The notes below the pieces were generated by a model that did no database searches, was not told where the DNA came from, and was given only the letters and a program-made list of their open reading frames with translations. A DNA stretch of 36,917 nt, from IMG/VR virus record IMGVR_UViG_3300044267_003212, positions 1 through 36,917 of that record; one strand, written 5' to 3'. A program made the position numbers and the translations under genes. Of the stretch, positions 25,611 through 34,110 are shown in pieces. Numbering within the stretch: position 1 is the stretch's first letter; each line of letters begins with the position of its first letter. This DNA is from a virus. Its lineage: Duplodnaviria; Caudoviricetes.

Positions 25611-28600
25611 CAGTGCGTATAACAGCCGTATCTTTGTCAACATGTAAAGTGCCTCTTTCTTCTTCCGTATCAACATTCAAATCGATAGACTCAGGCTTGT
25701 CTGCTGTTTTTGGGCGAGGCTTTTCTGGGTCTTCTTCAGGCCTTGGGCGACCATCATAATCTGGTAAAGTACTCTGGTCTCTAGTTTTGGTAGGACCAGT
25801 AGGTGATTCTACAGGGGTTGCCATATCAATTCCTAATCCTTTGGCACCTGTAAATGCTTGACCCACACTACCTATTGACTTTTCAATACCTTTCAAAGAT
25901 TGTATTATTTTATCCCAATGACCTGTACCTTGTACTTTTTGAGGTTTTATCAAAGGCTTACCATCACCCTTACTTTCTTTAACTTCGGCCTTTGCTTCTT
26001 CTTCTTTAATGTCTAAATCTGCTTTCAAGACCACACCTGCTAGTGGTGACCAGAAAGGTCGTTGAGATTCTGCTAACCGAATTAGTAATTTACTTTCAGA
26101 TGCAGGTGAATGTACATACCAATTTGAACCACTGTTAGTGGCTTTGTAAATTACATTGCCTTGTTGGAAACTTATCATAACATGTCTATCTGACCTTGTT
26201 ATATGATGAGGCCACATCTCAGGATAAGATTTGGTAAACGTGCTTAGCGTTTCTCTACTAGCCAGAGTTTCACCTTCTGCTTCACCTTCTATTTCCCCAG
26301 CATGTATAGTATAGATAGTAGACTCATCTTGCTCATGGGAAGTAACACTATCTACATTTACTTTGACAGAATCTCCTACATTGAATTCTTTAGTACTATG
26401 AAAGACAGTCCCAACATCCATGTAAATTTCATCATCTAACTCTACCTTCCTCTCCCCAACCTTTTCTCCGTCAATAATTGGACCCATACCTAATCGATAT
26501 GTGAACGTACTTTCTCCTTTCTTATCAAGTACAATCAAGTTAACATCTTTACCGGGCTTGAGTAAGACCCACTTTGGGTGTCTCTTTTCTCCTAACATGT
26601 AAGTTGATTTAGCATCTCTTAAAAGAATGGTTTTACCTTCTTTTTGCAATGCCTCTACTGTCATTTTTAGACCAGCATCATCTGTAAACCTAGAGTTGTA
26701 AGCGCCGGGCATCAATACATTTTCATGACTTTCCATACCACCCCTTAGAATTTTAATACGGTCTTGAGATGGTTCGTCATGAACATCGTTATCATCGTAT
26801 TCTATGACATCGAGCACATTTATTTCTTTACCATCATAAACTACATCAATGAAGAAATCTTTTTCAGTAGTCTTTTTCAAAGACTCGACCAAATCATTTT
26901 CTAACTTTACAGATTTACCAGTCAAACCTTCCCAAGCCTTGACTTCATCACCATCTCTACGAATAAAGTGACGCTCACCCTCTGGCATAATACTAACTAC
27001 CCAATCACCAGTAAACCCTTTGATGTGTTCTAAATCTTCTACTTTGAAAATACGATGCATAGGTCGCAACGCTGGTGGTTTTTCTGAGTTAAATTTTAGA
27101 AGTATGTCGTTATTGGTAAGTGAAGCAAGTGAATATTGACTTTTCACCACATGATAAATGTCTTCTTCTTTAGGTGACAAACCGCTGACGGTATGTTTAC
27201 GCATGGCGGCGGGCATGTCGTCAAGAGGTATCCCCCCTTCATAATGATGAGGGCCGAATTGAGGTAACAATTCTTTCGCTGCTATACGATAAAAGTCCAG
27301 TGGTAAAGTTGCCAACCGTCTTTCATAACCTTCGGGAACATGTTCAAAGTGAGTATGACCACCTTTTCCTCTGACTGGTCTAATGGTCGGTCTTCTTTTG
27401 TAACCATGGTCCATTCTAATAGCAGGTGAATTGTGAATACTGGACACACCATGACCATGCGGTTTACCTGCATCACCTATCGGCACAGGTCCTTCAGTGT
27501 GCATTTTAGTAGCGAATTCTTCTCTTTGTTGAGGGGAAGAATGGGGGTCACCTATCAATATAGATTCTAATCTATGAATAGTATTCAACTTATTTATTTC
27601 GCCTTTTTCTCCCGTACCGTATTTTTTACTACCACCCAAGAGTTTCTTAGGTGTTGTTTCCATATTATGGTCAGAGTGTCTATGAGGGGCACCTACATGA
27701 TGTAACCCAGCATTATTCAAAGCGCCAGATTGTCCTTCTAAAATATTCGCTAAACGACTTGCTGCTTGAGTAGGAGCCTGTAATTTAGATTCATCATCAA
27801 CAGGGCCTCTATACTTAGGTCTACCTCCAACATATCTCAAATGACCATGGTAATCATGAGTATCTTGTATCAGGTCTCCTTCTAAAGGGGAGGAAGAGTG
27901 TCTTTCTCCAAAAATAGAAGACATACCATGGTTTCCTAACATGTCTGCTACTTTCATAACTGGAAAATCCATATTGAAATCGCCACCTGACAATTGTGAA
28001 AGATGGTGTATTTTATTTTTAACCGATTCTAAAAGTGCGTTATGGTGTGAATCATCAGGGTCTAAACCCAGTGCTTCACGATAAGCATCATCACTGTGGT
28101 TGTAACTAAGTTTGTTTGAACTCCCGTCAACCAGTGAGCGTAAGTTGTTGTGGTACTGTCCTCCACCAGTAGCCGGTCTAAACACTTCTCTTTCGGCTAA
28201 CCCATGACCCATCATCCCGTGCACCTTGTGTGGATTACCATTGAGGTGATTTGTAGCGTGTTCAGCCAAAGCCTGTATATTTGCCACAGTAGTGTCAAAA
28301 TCATCTGTGATTACTGGCATACCTTGGTCACTTGCTTCTTGTATTAACTTCTTGGTCATCTCTGCCTTGACTTTCAAATCCTCTGCAAACTTTTTATCAC
28401 GAGAATCTAATTTTTGCAACTCAGCCCAATGTGCTGGCTCTCGCTCTACTCCCGACTCATCCTCTACCATGTCTTCATATGTTCTCGCTATACGCTCTGC
28501 CTCGTGTAGTATAGGTCTAATTCTTTCCCTTTCTTCAGGGTCGTCTGTACTATCGAAAGCGTCTCTTAAGTGACCAACAATTTCAGCAGCCTCATCTGCA

Positions 28601-31173
28601 TCTCTTTCTAATGCTATTTGTTCAGGAGGCATATCCTCTGGATATCTTTGACCTTCTTCACCCACCAAATTCGATTCTACAAATCTACCACCTTTTTCCG
28701 AAGGTGTTGGTTTGTCAGCACCAATTAATGTGCGCCATTGTTGAAGTGTACTAGTTGACAATTCTGTTTCAGGTCCACCCACTTGACCGTGCGGTATCCA
28801 CATTGAAGTTTGTGGATTAAGAGGAGGGTGATGCAAACCACCTTGAGTAGCGATAGCATGTGATATATTGGCCGGTTGTCTAATAGGTTCCCCTACGCCA
28901 AACCTATCCGACTTACGAGTATGAGGGCTTCTTAGTTTAGAATAAGTGCCTCTAGTAGATACGCCTCTACCACTAGCACTTTCTCCTTTCCACTCCCCCT
29001 TCCTCATAGCATCTATTGGACTTTGTTTAGATTTGTCCATGAATTCGTTGTGGAAGCGTTTACTCATATGATTATGAGGCGGACCATCGTGTGTAGCCGA
29101 AGTAGTTCTAAAATCACCTTTACCACCCTTTACCGCAGTCTCCATTGTGGAATTATGGGGTGAATATATTTGGGAGGGAGCAGGGGCCATATATTTCGCT
29201 TTCTCACGTTCAAATTTTACACCCTGTGGAGTCTCACCTTTTACAGTATAACGGAGTCTTTCTACACTCAAAGGGTTGAATGGTGCAAAAAGTGCTGCCG
29301 TTTTGATTGGTGGGGTGTATGCTTTATCATACCCTCCACCAAACGATTCATCTAAATCCATATGAGGGAACACTTGGTTTAGGTTCATTTGGCTAAACAA
29401 CCAGTCATTGCTACCTGCTGAATCCAAGGACGGAACATAATCAGAATGAATCTTAGTACCGTACAAAGAATGTGATTTACTACCGTCTCTATCATAAAGG
29501 TGAGAATCATGATATATATCGAGAAGAGAATCATGGCTTCTACCCAATCCTCCAGTGTGACGAAATGGCTCTCCCCAGTGAGTTGATTTAGTGCTATTAT
29601 CACCTTGGTGATATGATTCAGGATGATGGTCTGGACTTATGTGTTGAGAACGGTGAAACTGGCTAGCATTCTGCCCTCTTCTACCATGATACAAATCACT
29701 GGCGTAACCACTGATACCGTCTAAAAATTTCTTGTAATCTTCTAACTCTATAGGAGCATTGTTAGGATTCCAGTTAGGATAGGCTGGGTGCTGCCCCTGT
29801 TCATAAAACTCTTCTGTTTCAGGATTGTAACCCGCTAACATATGTAAAGTACTGAAATTAGTACCCCTTTGTTTCTTACTAGGCATTTCCCAACGCTGTT
29901 CTTTTTTATGCCAAACTGGTAAATGTTTTCGACCCTGCCCAGTTTGAAAGTTATGGTGTTGTGCTAAGAATCTATCAAGGTCTTCATTTTGCAAAGCAAG
30001 CGACACAGTATCTGGTCTTATTTCATCCGAACCCTCTGGAATTTGAGTGGCTTCTATATTCTCACCAGTCATGTCAGCGTCTCTTCCCCACCAATCATAC
30101 AGTGGGCCAAATCTTGACCAATTGTTTCTTTTGATTCTGCCCATCTCAAGATGACCTAACGCAGTTTGAACAAGTTGTTTATCGTTAATATCAGTACCAT
30201 GTGTACGCATATGTTCGTATACCTTAGAGCGGTCAGCAGGAGATTCTAACTCTAATCCGAAATGGTAATCATCATCACCTAGACCAGTCATATGACCGTC
30301 TTGGTCTTTTTCTTGACTCGTCCAACCTTCAATTAAATCTTCCATGTGTGCAATTTGTAGATGGTGGTAATCTTCTGATTCGGGTGTTGGGTGACCAAAC
30401 GCTTCATCTAAATCTCGATTGTTGGCTCTCCATTGATTAAAGTGAGTCAAGTATCTATCATGGTTTGTTGTATCAGACCGACCCAAATGTGACGGTTGAA
30501 GTACAAAATGTGGATTGCCCTGTTTATCTAAAGTGGTAAGATGGTGCCGTTCCCAAGCCTTATCTTTATCAGAATCTAATTCTGCTTGTGAAGGTAATCC
30601 GTGTTTTTCAGGTAAGTAAAAAGATGCGAGTCTTTCTATGTAACTAGGCAACTTTCCAAATGTAGGGTGGTGCACCATCTGCGTCAAAGGGTGCATTTCT
30701 TCATCCAAAGGATTGGTGCCAAGGTAACTACCTTCGCCGGGGTGAGCCATGTTGACATTCACTCCACCCCTACCAACAACATCGGCTTCAGGATTCTGAG
30801 TTCTACCAAACCAAGTATGACCTGCACCAGACATAGCCTCTGGTCTGTTAACACCGTAAACACCACCACCAACAGCAGATTGAGGTGACCATCCAGAGCC
30901 TGAGCCTTGGATGCCTTCTTGAACTGTACCGGGGTCATCAGTACCCGGATAAGGTACTGGTTCTGTCCCTTCTTCTTGTTTTAGAACAGGCCAAACCATC
31001 GTTTGTAAAGTATAATCTACATCACCATCAGGTATGTTTTCACCATGTCGTAAAAGGTTTAGAGAAGCAAAATGATATTCCGCAGCAGCATCAGACTTGC
31101 CAATGTTATCTACTATAGACTTGAAAAACGTATCACGAGTCCGCTTGTAAATATCTAAAGCAGACTCTTGCAA
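25606..31173 (-). CDS. Giant His/Gly/Pro-rich head-module protein (~1855 aa) with a C-terminal degenerate ATP-dependent DNA ligase (adenylation+OB) fold
   Basis: LRPMHR..WVVSIMPEGERHFI..FFIDVV..VLDVIEYDDNDVHDEPSQDRIKIL..ILLRDAKSTYMLGEKRHPKWVLLK..VNLIVL..MDVGTV follow ligase motif order. TTG at 31173 preferred because GGTGA lies at 31178-31182. Confidence 0.75.
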   Translation of the reverse strand: MQESALDIYKRTRDTFFKSIVDNIGKSDAAAEYHFASLNLLRHGENIPDGDVDYTLQTMVWPVLKQEEGTEPVPYPGTDDPGTVQEGIQGSGSGWSPQSAVGGGVYGVNRPEAMSGAGHTWFGRTQNPEADVVGRGGVNVNMAHPGEGSYLGTNPLDEEMHPLTQMVHHPTFGKLPSYIERLASFYLPEKHGLPSQAELDSDKDKAWERHHLTTLDKQGNPHFVLQPSHLGRSDTTNHDRYLTHFNQWRANNRDLDEAFGHPTPESEDYHHLQIAHMEDLIEGWTSQEKDQDGHMTGLGDDDYHFGLELESPADRSKVYEHMRTHGTDINDKQLVQTALGHLEMGRIKRNNWSRFGPLYDWWGRDADMTGENIEATQIPEGSDEIRPDTVSLALQNEDLDRFLAQHHNFQTGQGRKHLPVWHKKEQRWEMPSKKQRGTNFSTLHMLAGYNPETEEFYEQGQHPAYPNWNPNNAPIELEDYKKFLDGISGYASDLYHGRRGQNASQFHRSQHISPDHHPESYHQGDNSTKSTHWGEPFRHTGGLGRSHDSLLDIYHDSHLYDRDGSKSHSLYGTKIHSDYVPSLDSAGSNDWLFSQMNLNQVFPHMDLDESFGGGYDKAYTPPIKTAALFAPFNPLSVERLRYTVKGETPQGVKFEREKAKYMAPAPSQIYSPHNSTMETAVKGGKGDFRTTSATHDGPPHNHMSKRFHNEFMDKSKQSPIDAMRKGEWKGESASGRGVSTRGTYSKLRSPHTRKSDRFGVGEPIRQPANISHAIATQGGLHHPPLNPQTSMWIPHGQVGGPETELSTSTLQQWRTLIGADKPTPSEKGGRFVESNLVGEEGQRYPEDMPPEQIALERDADEAAEIVGHLRDAFDSTDDPEERERIRPILHEAERIARTYEDMVEDESGVEREPAHWAELQKLDSRDKKFAEDLKVKAEMTKKLIQEASDQGMPVITDDFDTTVANIQALAEHATNHLNGNPHKVHGMMGHGLAEREVFRPATGGGQYHNNLRSLVDGSSNKLSYNHSDDAYREALGLDPDDSHHNALLESVKNKIHHLSQLSGGDFNMDFPVMKVADMLGNHGMSSIFGERHSSSPLEGDLIQDTHDYHGHLRYVGGRPKYRGPVDDESKLQAPTQAASRLANILEGQSGALNNAGLHHVGAPHRHSDHNMETTPKKLLGGSKKYGTGEKGEINKLNTIHRLESILIGDPHSSPQQREEFATKMHTEGPVPIGDAGKPHGHGVSSIHNSPAIRMDHGYKRRPTIRPVRGKGGHTHFEHVPEGYERRLATLPLDFYRIAAKELLPQFGPHHYEGGIPLDDMPAAMRKHTVSGLSPKEEDIYHVVKSQYSLASLTNNDILLKFNSEKPPALRPMHRIFKVEDLEHIKGFTGDWVVSIMPEGERHFIRRDGDEVKAWEGLTGKSVKLENDLVESLKKTTEKDFFIDVVYDGKEINVLDVIEYDDNDVHDEPSQDRIKILRGGMESHENVLMPGAYNSRFTDDAGLKMTVEALQKEGKTILLRDAKSTYMLGEKRHPKWVLLKPGKDVNLIVLDKKGESTFTYRLGMGPIIDGEKVGERKVELDDEIYMDVGTVFHSTKEFNVGDSVKVNVDSVTSHEQDESTIYTIHAGEIEGEAEGETLASRETLSTFTKSYPEMWPHHITRSDRHVMISFQQGNVIYKATNSGSNWYVHSPASESKLLIRLAESQRPFWSPLAGVVLKADLDIKEEEAKAEVKESKGDGKPLIKPQKVQGTGHWDKIIQSLKGIEKSIGSVGQAFTGAKGLGIDMATPVESPTGPTKTRDQSTLPDYDGRPRPEEDPEKPRPKTADKPESIDLNVDTEEERGTLHVDKDTAVIRTA

Positions 31174-31186
31174 ATCATCACCGCCA

Positions 31187-31618
31187 TTAAATATGGCGGG
31201 ATAGGCGCTCCACAGATTTGGCAATTGTATCCAATGTCAGTTGGTCACCATTCGTACCTAGCATTTTAGTTAACGCAGCGGGCTGCTCATCATTACCAAT
31301 TTCGTGACTACCCAATGTTGATTCATTTGTTGGGTAGTGAGTGTTGTAAGCACCAAACACATCTACTTTTTCAGATATAGCACCTTTGTTGGCTACATCT
31401 TCAGATTCTATCAGATGATTGTTGGTGGAGTAACCTGCACTCCTTACATTGTCTTTACCAGCAGATTGAGTCATAAAACTCTGATAGCCTTGAGTAGACC
31501 CCTGCTTGTCAGTGTATTCTGGTTGTGACGACCTTTTTGCTATTCTATCTTCTACTTCCTTCGCTTTACTAAGCAAAGTGTCAAATTCTTCATCTCTTGG
31601 TTCAAATCTTGGTTTCAT
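31187..31618 (-). CDS. Hypothetical head-module protein (~143 aa)
   Basis: ATG at 31618 with a GGTGA SD; hydrophilic; lies between portal and protease. Confidence 0.7.
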   Translation of the reverse strand: MKPRFEPRDEEFDTLLSKAKEVEDRIAKRSSQPEYTDKQGSTQGYQSFMTQSAGKDNVRSAGYSTNNHLIESEDVANKGAISEKVDVFGAYNTHYPTNESTLGSHEIGNDEQPAALTKMLGTNGDQLTLDTIAKSVERLSRHI

Positions 31619-31619
31619 T

Positions 31620-31973
31620 TCATTCACCTGTTCCTGATGCGTTTTCTGCAAGTGCGTGTATTTCTTCCCAACTCATATTGTGAAATTCTTCATTGGTTGT
31701 TGGTATTTCAATACCTTCAGCGTTAACTGATTTAAGAATATCATCACTGCTACCTCTGAACAAATCATCCACAACATCTTCTGCTATGGGTGTCCTCATA
31801 GATACAAATCCCATCTTTTTCAATAGATTAGACGGGTTAGCCATATTTTGCTTAATAATATGGTTTTCGTATTTTAAATTACTAATCGTTGCGTCCATAG
31901 ATTCCATTTTGCTAATCAAAACTTCAATCAACTTTTCCGCAGTACTACCCTCTACTAACTGCTCTTCTGTCAT
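31620..31973 (-). CDS. Small coiled-coil protein with a scaffold-like C-terminal motif (117 aa)
   Basis: AGGTGA SD. C-terminus ILKSVNAEGIEIPTTNEEFHNMSWEEIHALA parallels the protease C-terminus. Confidence 0.75.
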   Translation of the reverse strand: MTEEQLVEGSTAEKLIEVLISKMESMDATISNLKYENHIIKQNMANPSNLLKKMGFVSMRTPIAEDVVDDLFRGSSDDILKSVNAEGIEIPTTNEEFHNMSWEEIHALAENASGTGE

Positions 31974-31981
31974 AAAATCAC

Positions 31982-32323
31982 CTATTGTAAAGTACGATTA
32001 CTTTGTGGCCTCATTATACTACCAATGCGATTAGTACGAACAGTACCGGGCAACACATTCGGATTTGATTTGTGTATATGCTCTACGGTGTTAAATTTAG
32101 GTACGGGGAAGCCTCCTCCGAACATATCATTTACACCCTCAGATGTATCTCGCTTCGTAATTATTTGTTCAATATCGTTTGAAAGATATTCACCATATTT
32201 GAGAATTTCATTGATGTGATTTCGTGCAGAACTAGAGTCGCTATCTGCGATTGCTTTGTAGAATCCATCCATATGTACTTTCATTTTTCGTGCCATCGGG
32301 TCCAGTTTTAACAATTCGACCAT
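31982..32323 (-). CDS. Hypothetical head-module protein (~113 aa; likely start MVELLK at 32323)
   Basis: Helical N-terminal half; a BRE/TATA-like sequence lies upstream of ATG 32323; alternative start at 32362. Confidence 0.65.
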   Translation of the reverse strand: MVELLKLDPMARKMKVHMDGFYKAIADSDSSSARNHINEILKYGEYLSNDIEQIITKRDTSEGVNDMFGGGFPVPKFNTVEHIHKSNPNVLPGTVRTNRIGSIMRPQSNRTLQ

Positions 32324-32342
32324 GCCTACCGCAGCCCCTCTG

Positions 32343-32358
32343 ATATATTGAACCTTTC
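32343..32358 (-). promoter_or_regulatory. Putative archaeal BRE+TATA-like element GAAAGGTTCAATATAT
   Basis: Purine-rich stretch followed by an AT-rich box 20-30 nt upstream of ATG 32323, which lacks an SD. Confidence 0.4.
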
Positions 32359-34110
32359 TCATGCTCCCCTGAATCGATTAGCGTTTTGAATGGCGTTTGA
32401 TGTTTGCTCCATCAGCCCCGGCATAGGGCCTCTTTGTTGCACACTAGACACTGGTGAACCTGAGCCCGCTGTTGTTCTGTTTTGCGGACTTGCTGGACCA
32501 CGATTCCTCATGCCAACACCTTGTCCACCGGGATTTTGTAGACCTGCTTGTGCTGCTCCTCCCATCGCACCTGCTAATGCTGGAGGGATATTACGGCCCG
32601 GTAATGCTCCGGGTGTACCCATACCTCCACCCATTTGCATACCCATTCCGGGCATACCGCCCATCTGTGGTTGCTGCATCTGTGAACCGGGTGGTGGTTG
32701 TTGATATACGAATCTAATATCTCTAGTGCCTTCTTCTAACAGTTCTGCGTGATATCCTAACATAGACATGCGCTGTGCAATGTTGACTTCCATTTCATCT
32801 CGGCGCAATCGAGTGATTTCATCTTCTTCTTCTGATGGATATAGTGTAAGTTTCCAATCAGTGACATCCATTTCTTTTAATAAACGTGGAAATAAATTCT
32901 CAGTGTATACTTTGTGCCCAAATTCTACAGCACGGTTTGTGACCAATACTTGTAAACCTTCATTGTTTAGTCCACCAGATTTACCAGTGTCCATCATAAA
33001 TACATTTGATACGCCGTAAAAAGCAGCAATACGAGTTCTCATTTCATCTCTTGTAGCAGTATATTGCATCTCTTCTAACGAATCCATGAATTTAACCCAG
33101 TTCACACCACCTCTACCGCTATTAGACTCAATACCTATCTTAGGAATATAGTGTGGGTCTCTCTCAAGTTTTTCATCAACACCTTTCCAAAATGACTTCA
33201 TCGACTCAAGATTGTCAGTTGTAATAGAGATAAGTCCTCTAGGCATCCTGCGTTTAGAATACATAGTATACATGTAATTATCCATAGCAGTAAGGGTCAT
33301 CGCTTGTCTCCATAATGTAGAAACAGGAGACCGACCGTACAATTTACTAGGCATATACTTTGATACGTGCAATACTTCTCCATCTAAGTAATATTGAGTT
33401 TTACCAGAACCAGCAGTATTGACATAATGAACATCTTCTAGTTTACGACTACAGATGTTACAAGTCTTTTCTTCCTCGTGATATCCCCTAACTTCATCTC
33501 GATGTATCGGGCAAACTCGGAACCTACCTCCTCTAACTCCTCTTTTATCAGCGACTATTCTCATAAAGATAGGGTCTCCCCTCATTATTTCTTTGATTCT
33601 ATAGAACATAGTTTCATCACTTTCTTCATCTACATAGTACTCTTTGATTAGTATAAGAAAGGCATCATCTGTAATGTTAAGGTCATATTCTATTTCTCTC
33701 ATAACATCAAGGAAGGATTGGTCTACAGAGTTTCGCTCTTCTAAAAACCACTTAGGATAAATTAGTTGGCCCGGGTCGGGACTTACCATTTCAGAACTTG
33801 GACACTGTTTACAAACTTCTACATCATGTTGATATTCTGCATCACATTGTACACATTTTTTATGGAATGCCTTTTCCCAGTGGTAACCTCTTCTGAAAAT
33901 TTCTTGTTGTAATGTGGTAAGAACAGTTCTTAAAATTAGACATTCAGTCGATACAGCATATAATGCTGGTAATGTTACACCCTGAACTAACACTGGTTCT
34001 TGTATACCAGTAGTCCAAAGCGGCATTGTTGGGGCAGGTGTAGACCTTCTTCTGAAAGGACTAGACAGCGCTGATAAAAATCTACCAACCCTTGATTTCT
34101 CATCCGCCAT
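32359..34110 (-). CDS. Portal protein (~583 aa) with two Zn-ribbon-like insertions and a G/M/P/Q-rich tail
   Basis: IEYDLNITDDAFL, EVLHVSKYMPSKLYGRSPV, EMQYTATRDEMRTRIAAFYGVS are portal motifs. Start MADEK at 34110 overlaps the upstream TAA and has a GGAGG SD. Confidence 0.9.
   Translation of the reverse strand: MADEKSRVGRFLSALSSPFRRRSTPAPTMPLWTTGIQEPVLVQGVTLPALYAVSTECLILRTVLTTLQQEIFRRGYHWEKAFHKKCVQCDAEYQHDVEVCKQCPSSEMVSPDPGQLIYPKWFLEERNSVDQSFLDVMREIEYDLNITDDAFLILIKEYYVDEESDETMFYRIKEIMRGDPIFMRIVADKRGVRGGRFRVCPIHRDEVRGYHEEEKTCNICSRKLEDVHYVNTAGSGKTQYYLDGEVLHVSKYMPSKLYGRSPVSTLWRQAMTLTAMDNYMYTMYSKRRMPRGLISITTDNLESMKSFWKGVDEKLERDPHYIPKIGIESNSGRGGVNWVKFMDSLEEMQYTATRDEMRTRIAAFYGVSNVFMMDTGKSGGLNNEGLQVLVTNRAVEFGHKVYTENLFPRLLKEMDVTDWKLTLYPSEEEDEITRLRRDEMEVNIAQRMSMLGYHAELLEEGTRDIRFVYQQPPPGSQMQQPQMGGMPGMGMQMGGGMGTPGALPGRNIPPALAGAMGGAAQAGLQNPGGQGVGMRNRGPASPQNRTTAGSGSPVSSVQQRGPMPGLMEQTSNAIQNANRFRGA

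Noticed and set aside
8444-29603. Short alternative-frame minus-strand ORFs (8444, 11925, 16281, 22864, 27282, 29385)
   Set aside because: They are nested out of frame in well-supported genes, with no independent evidence
25606-31173. Annotation as a functional replicative DNA ligase
   Set aside because: The motif I lysine and other catalytic motifs are substituted, and the context is structural
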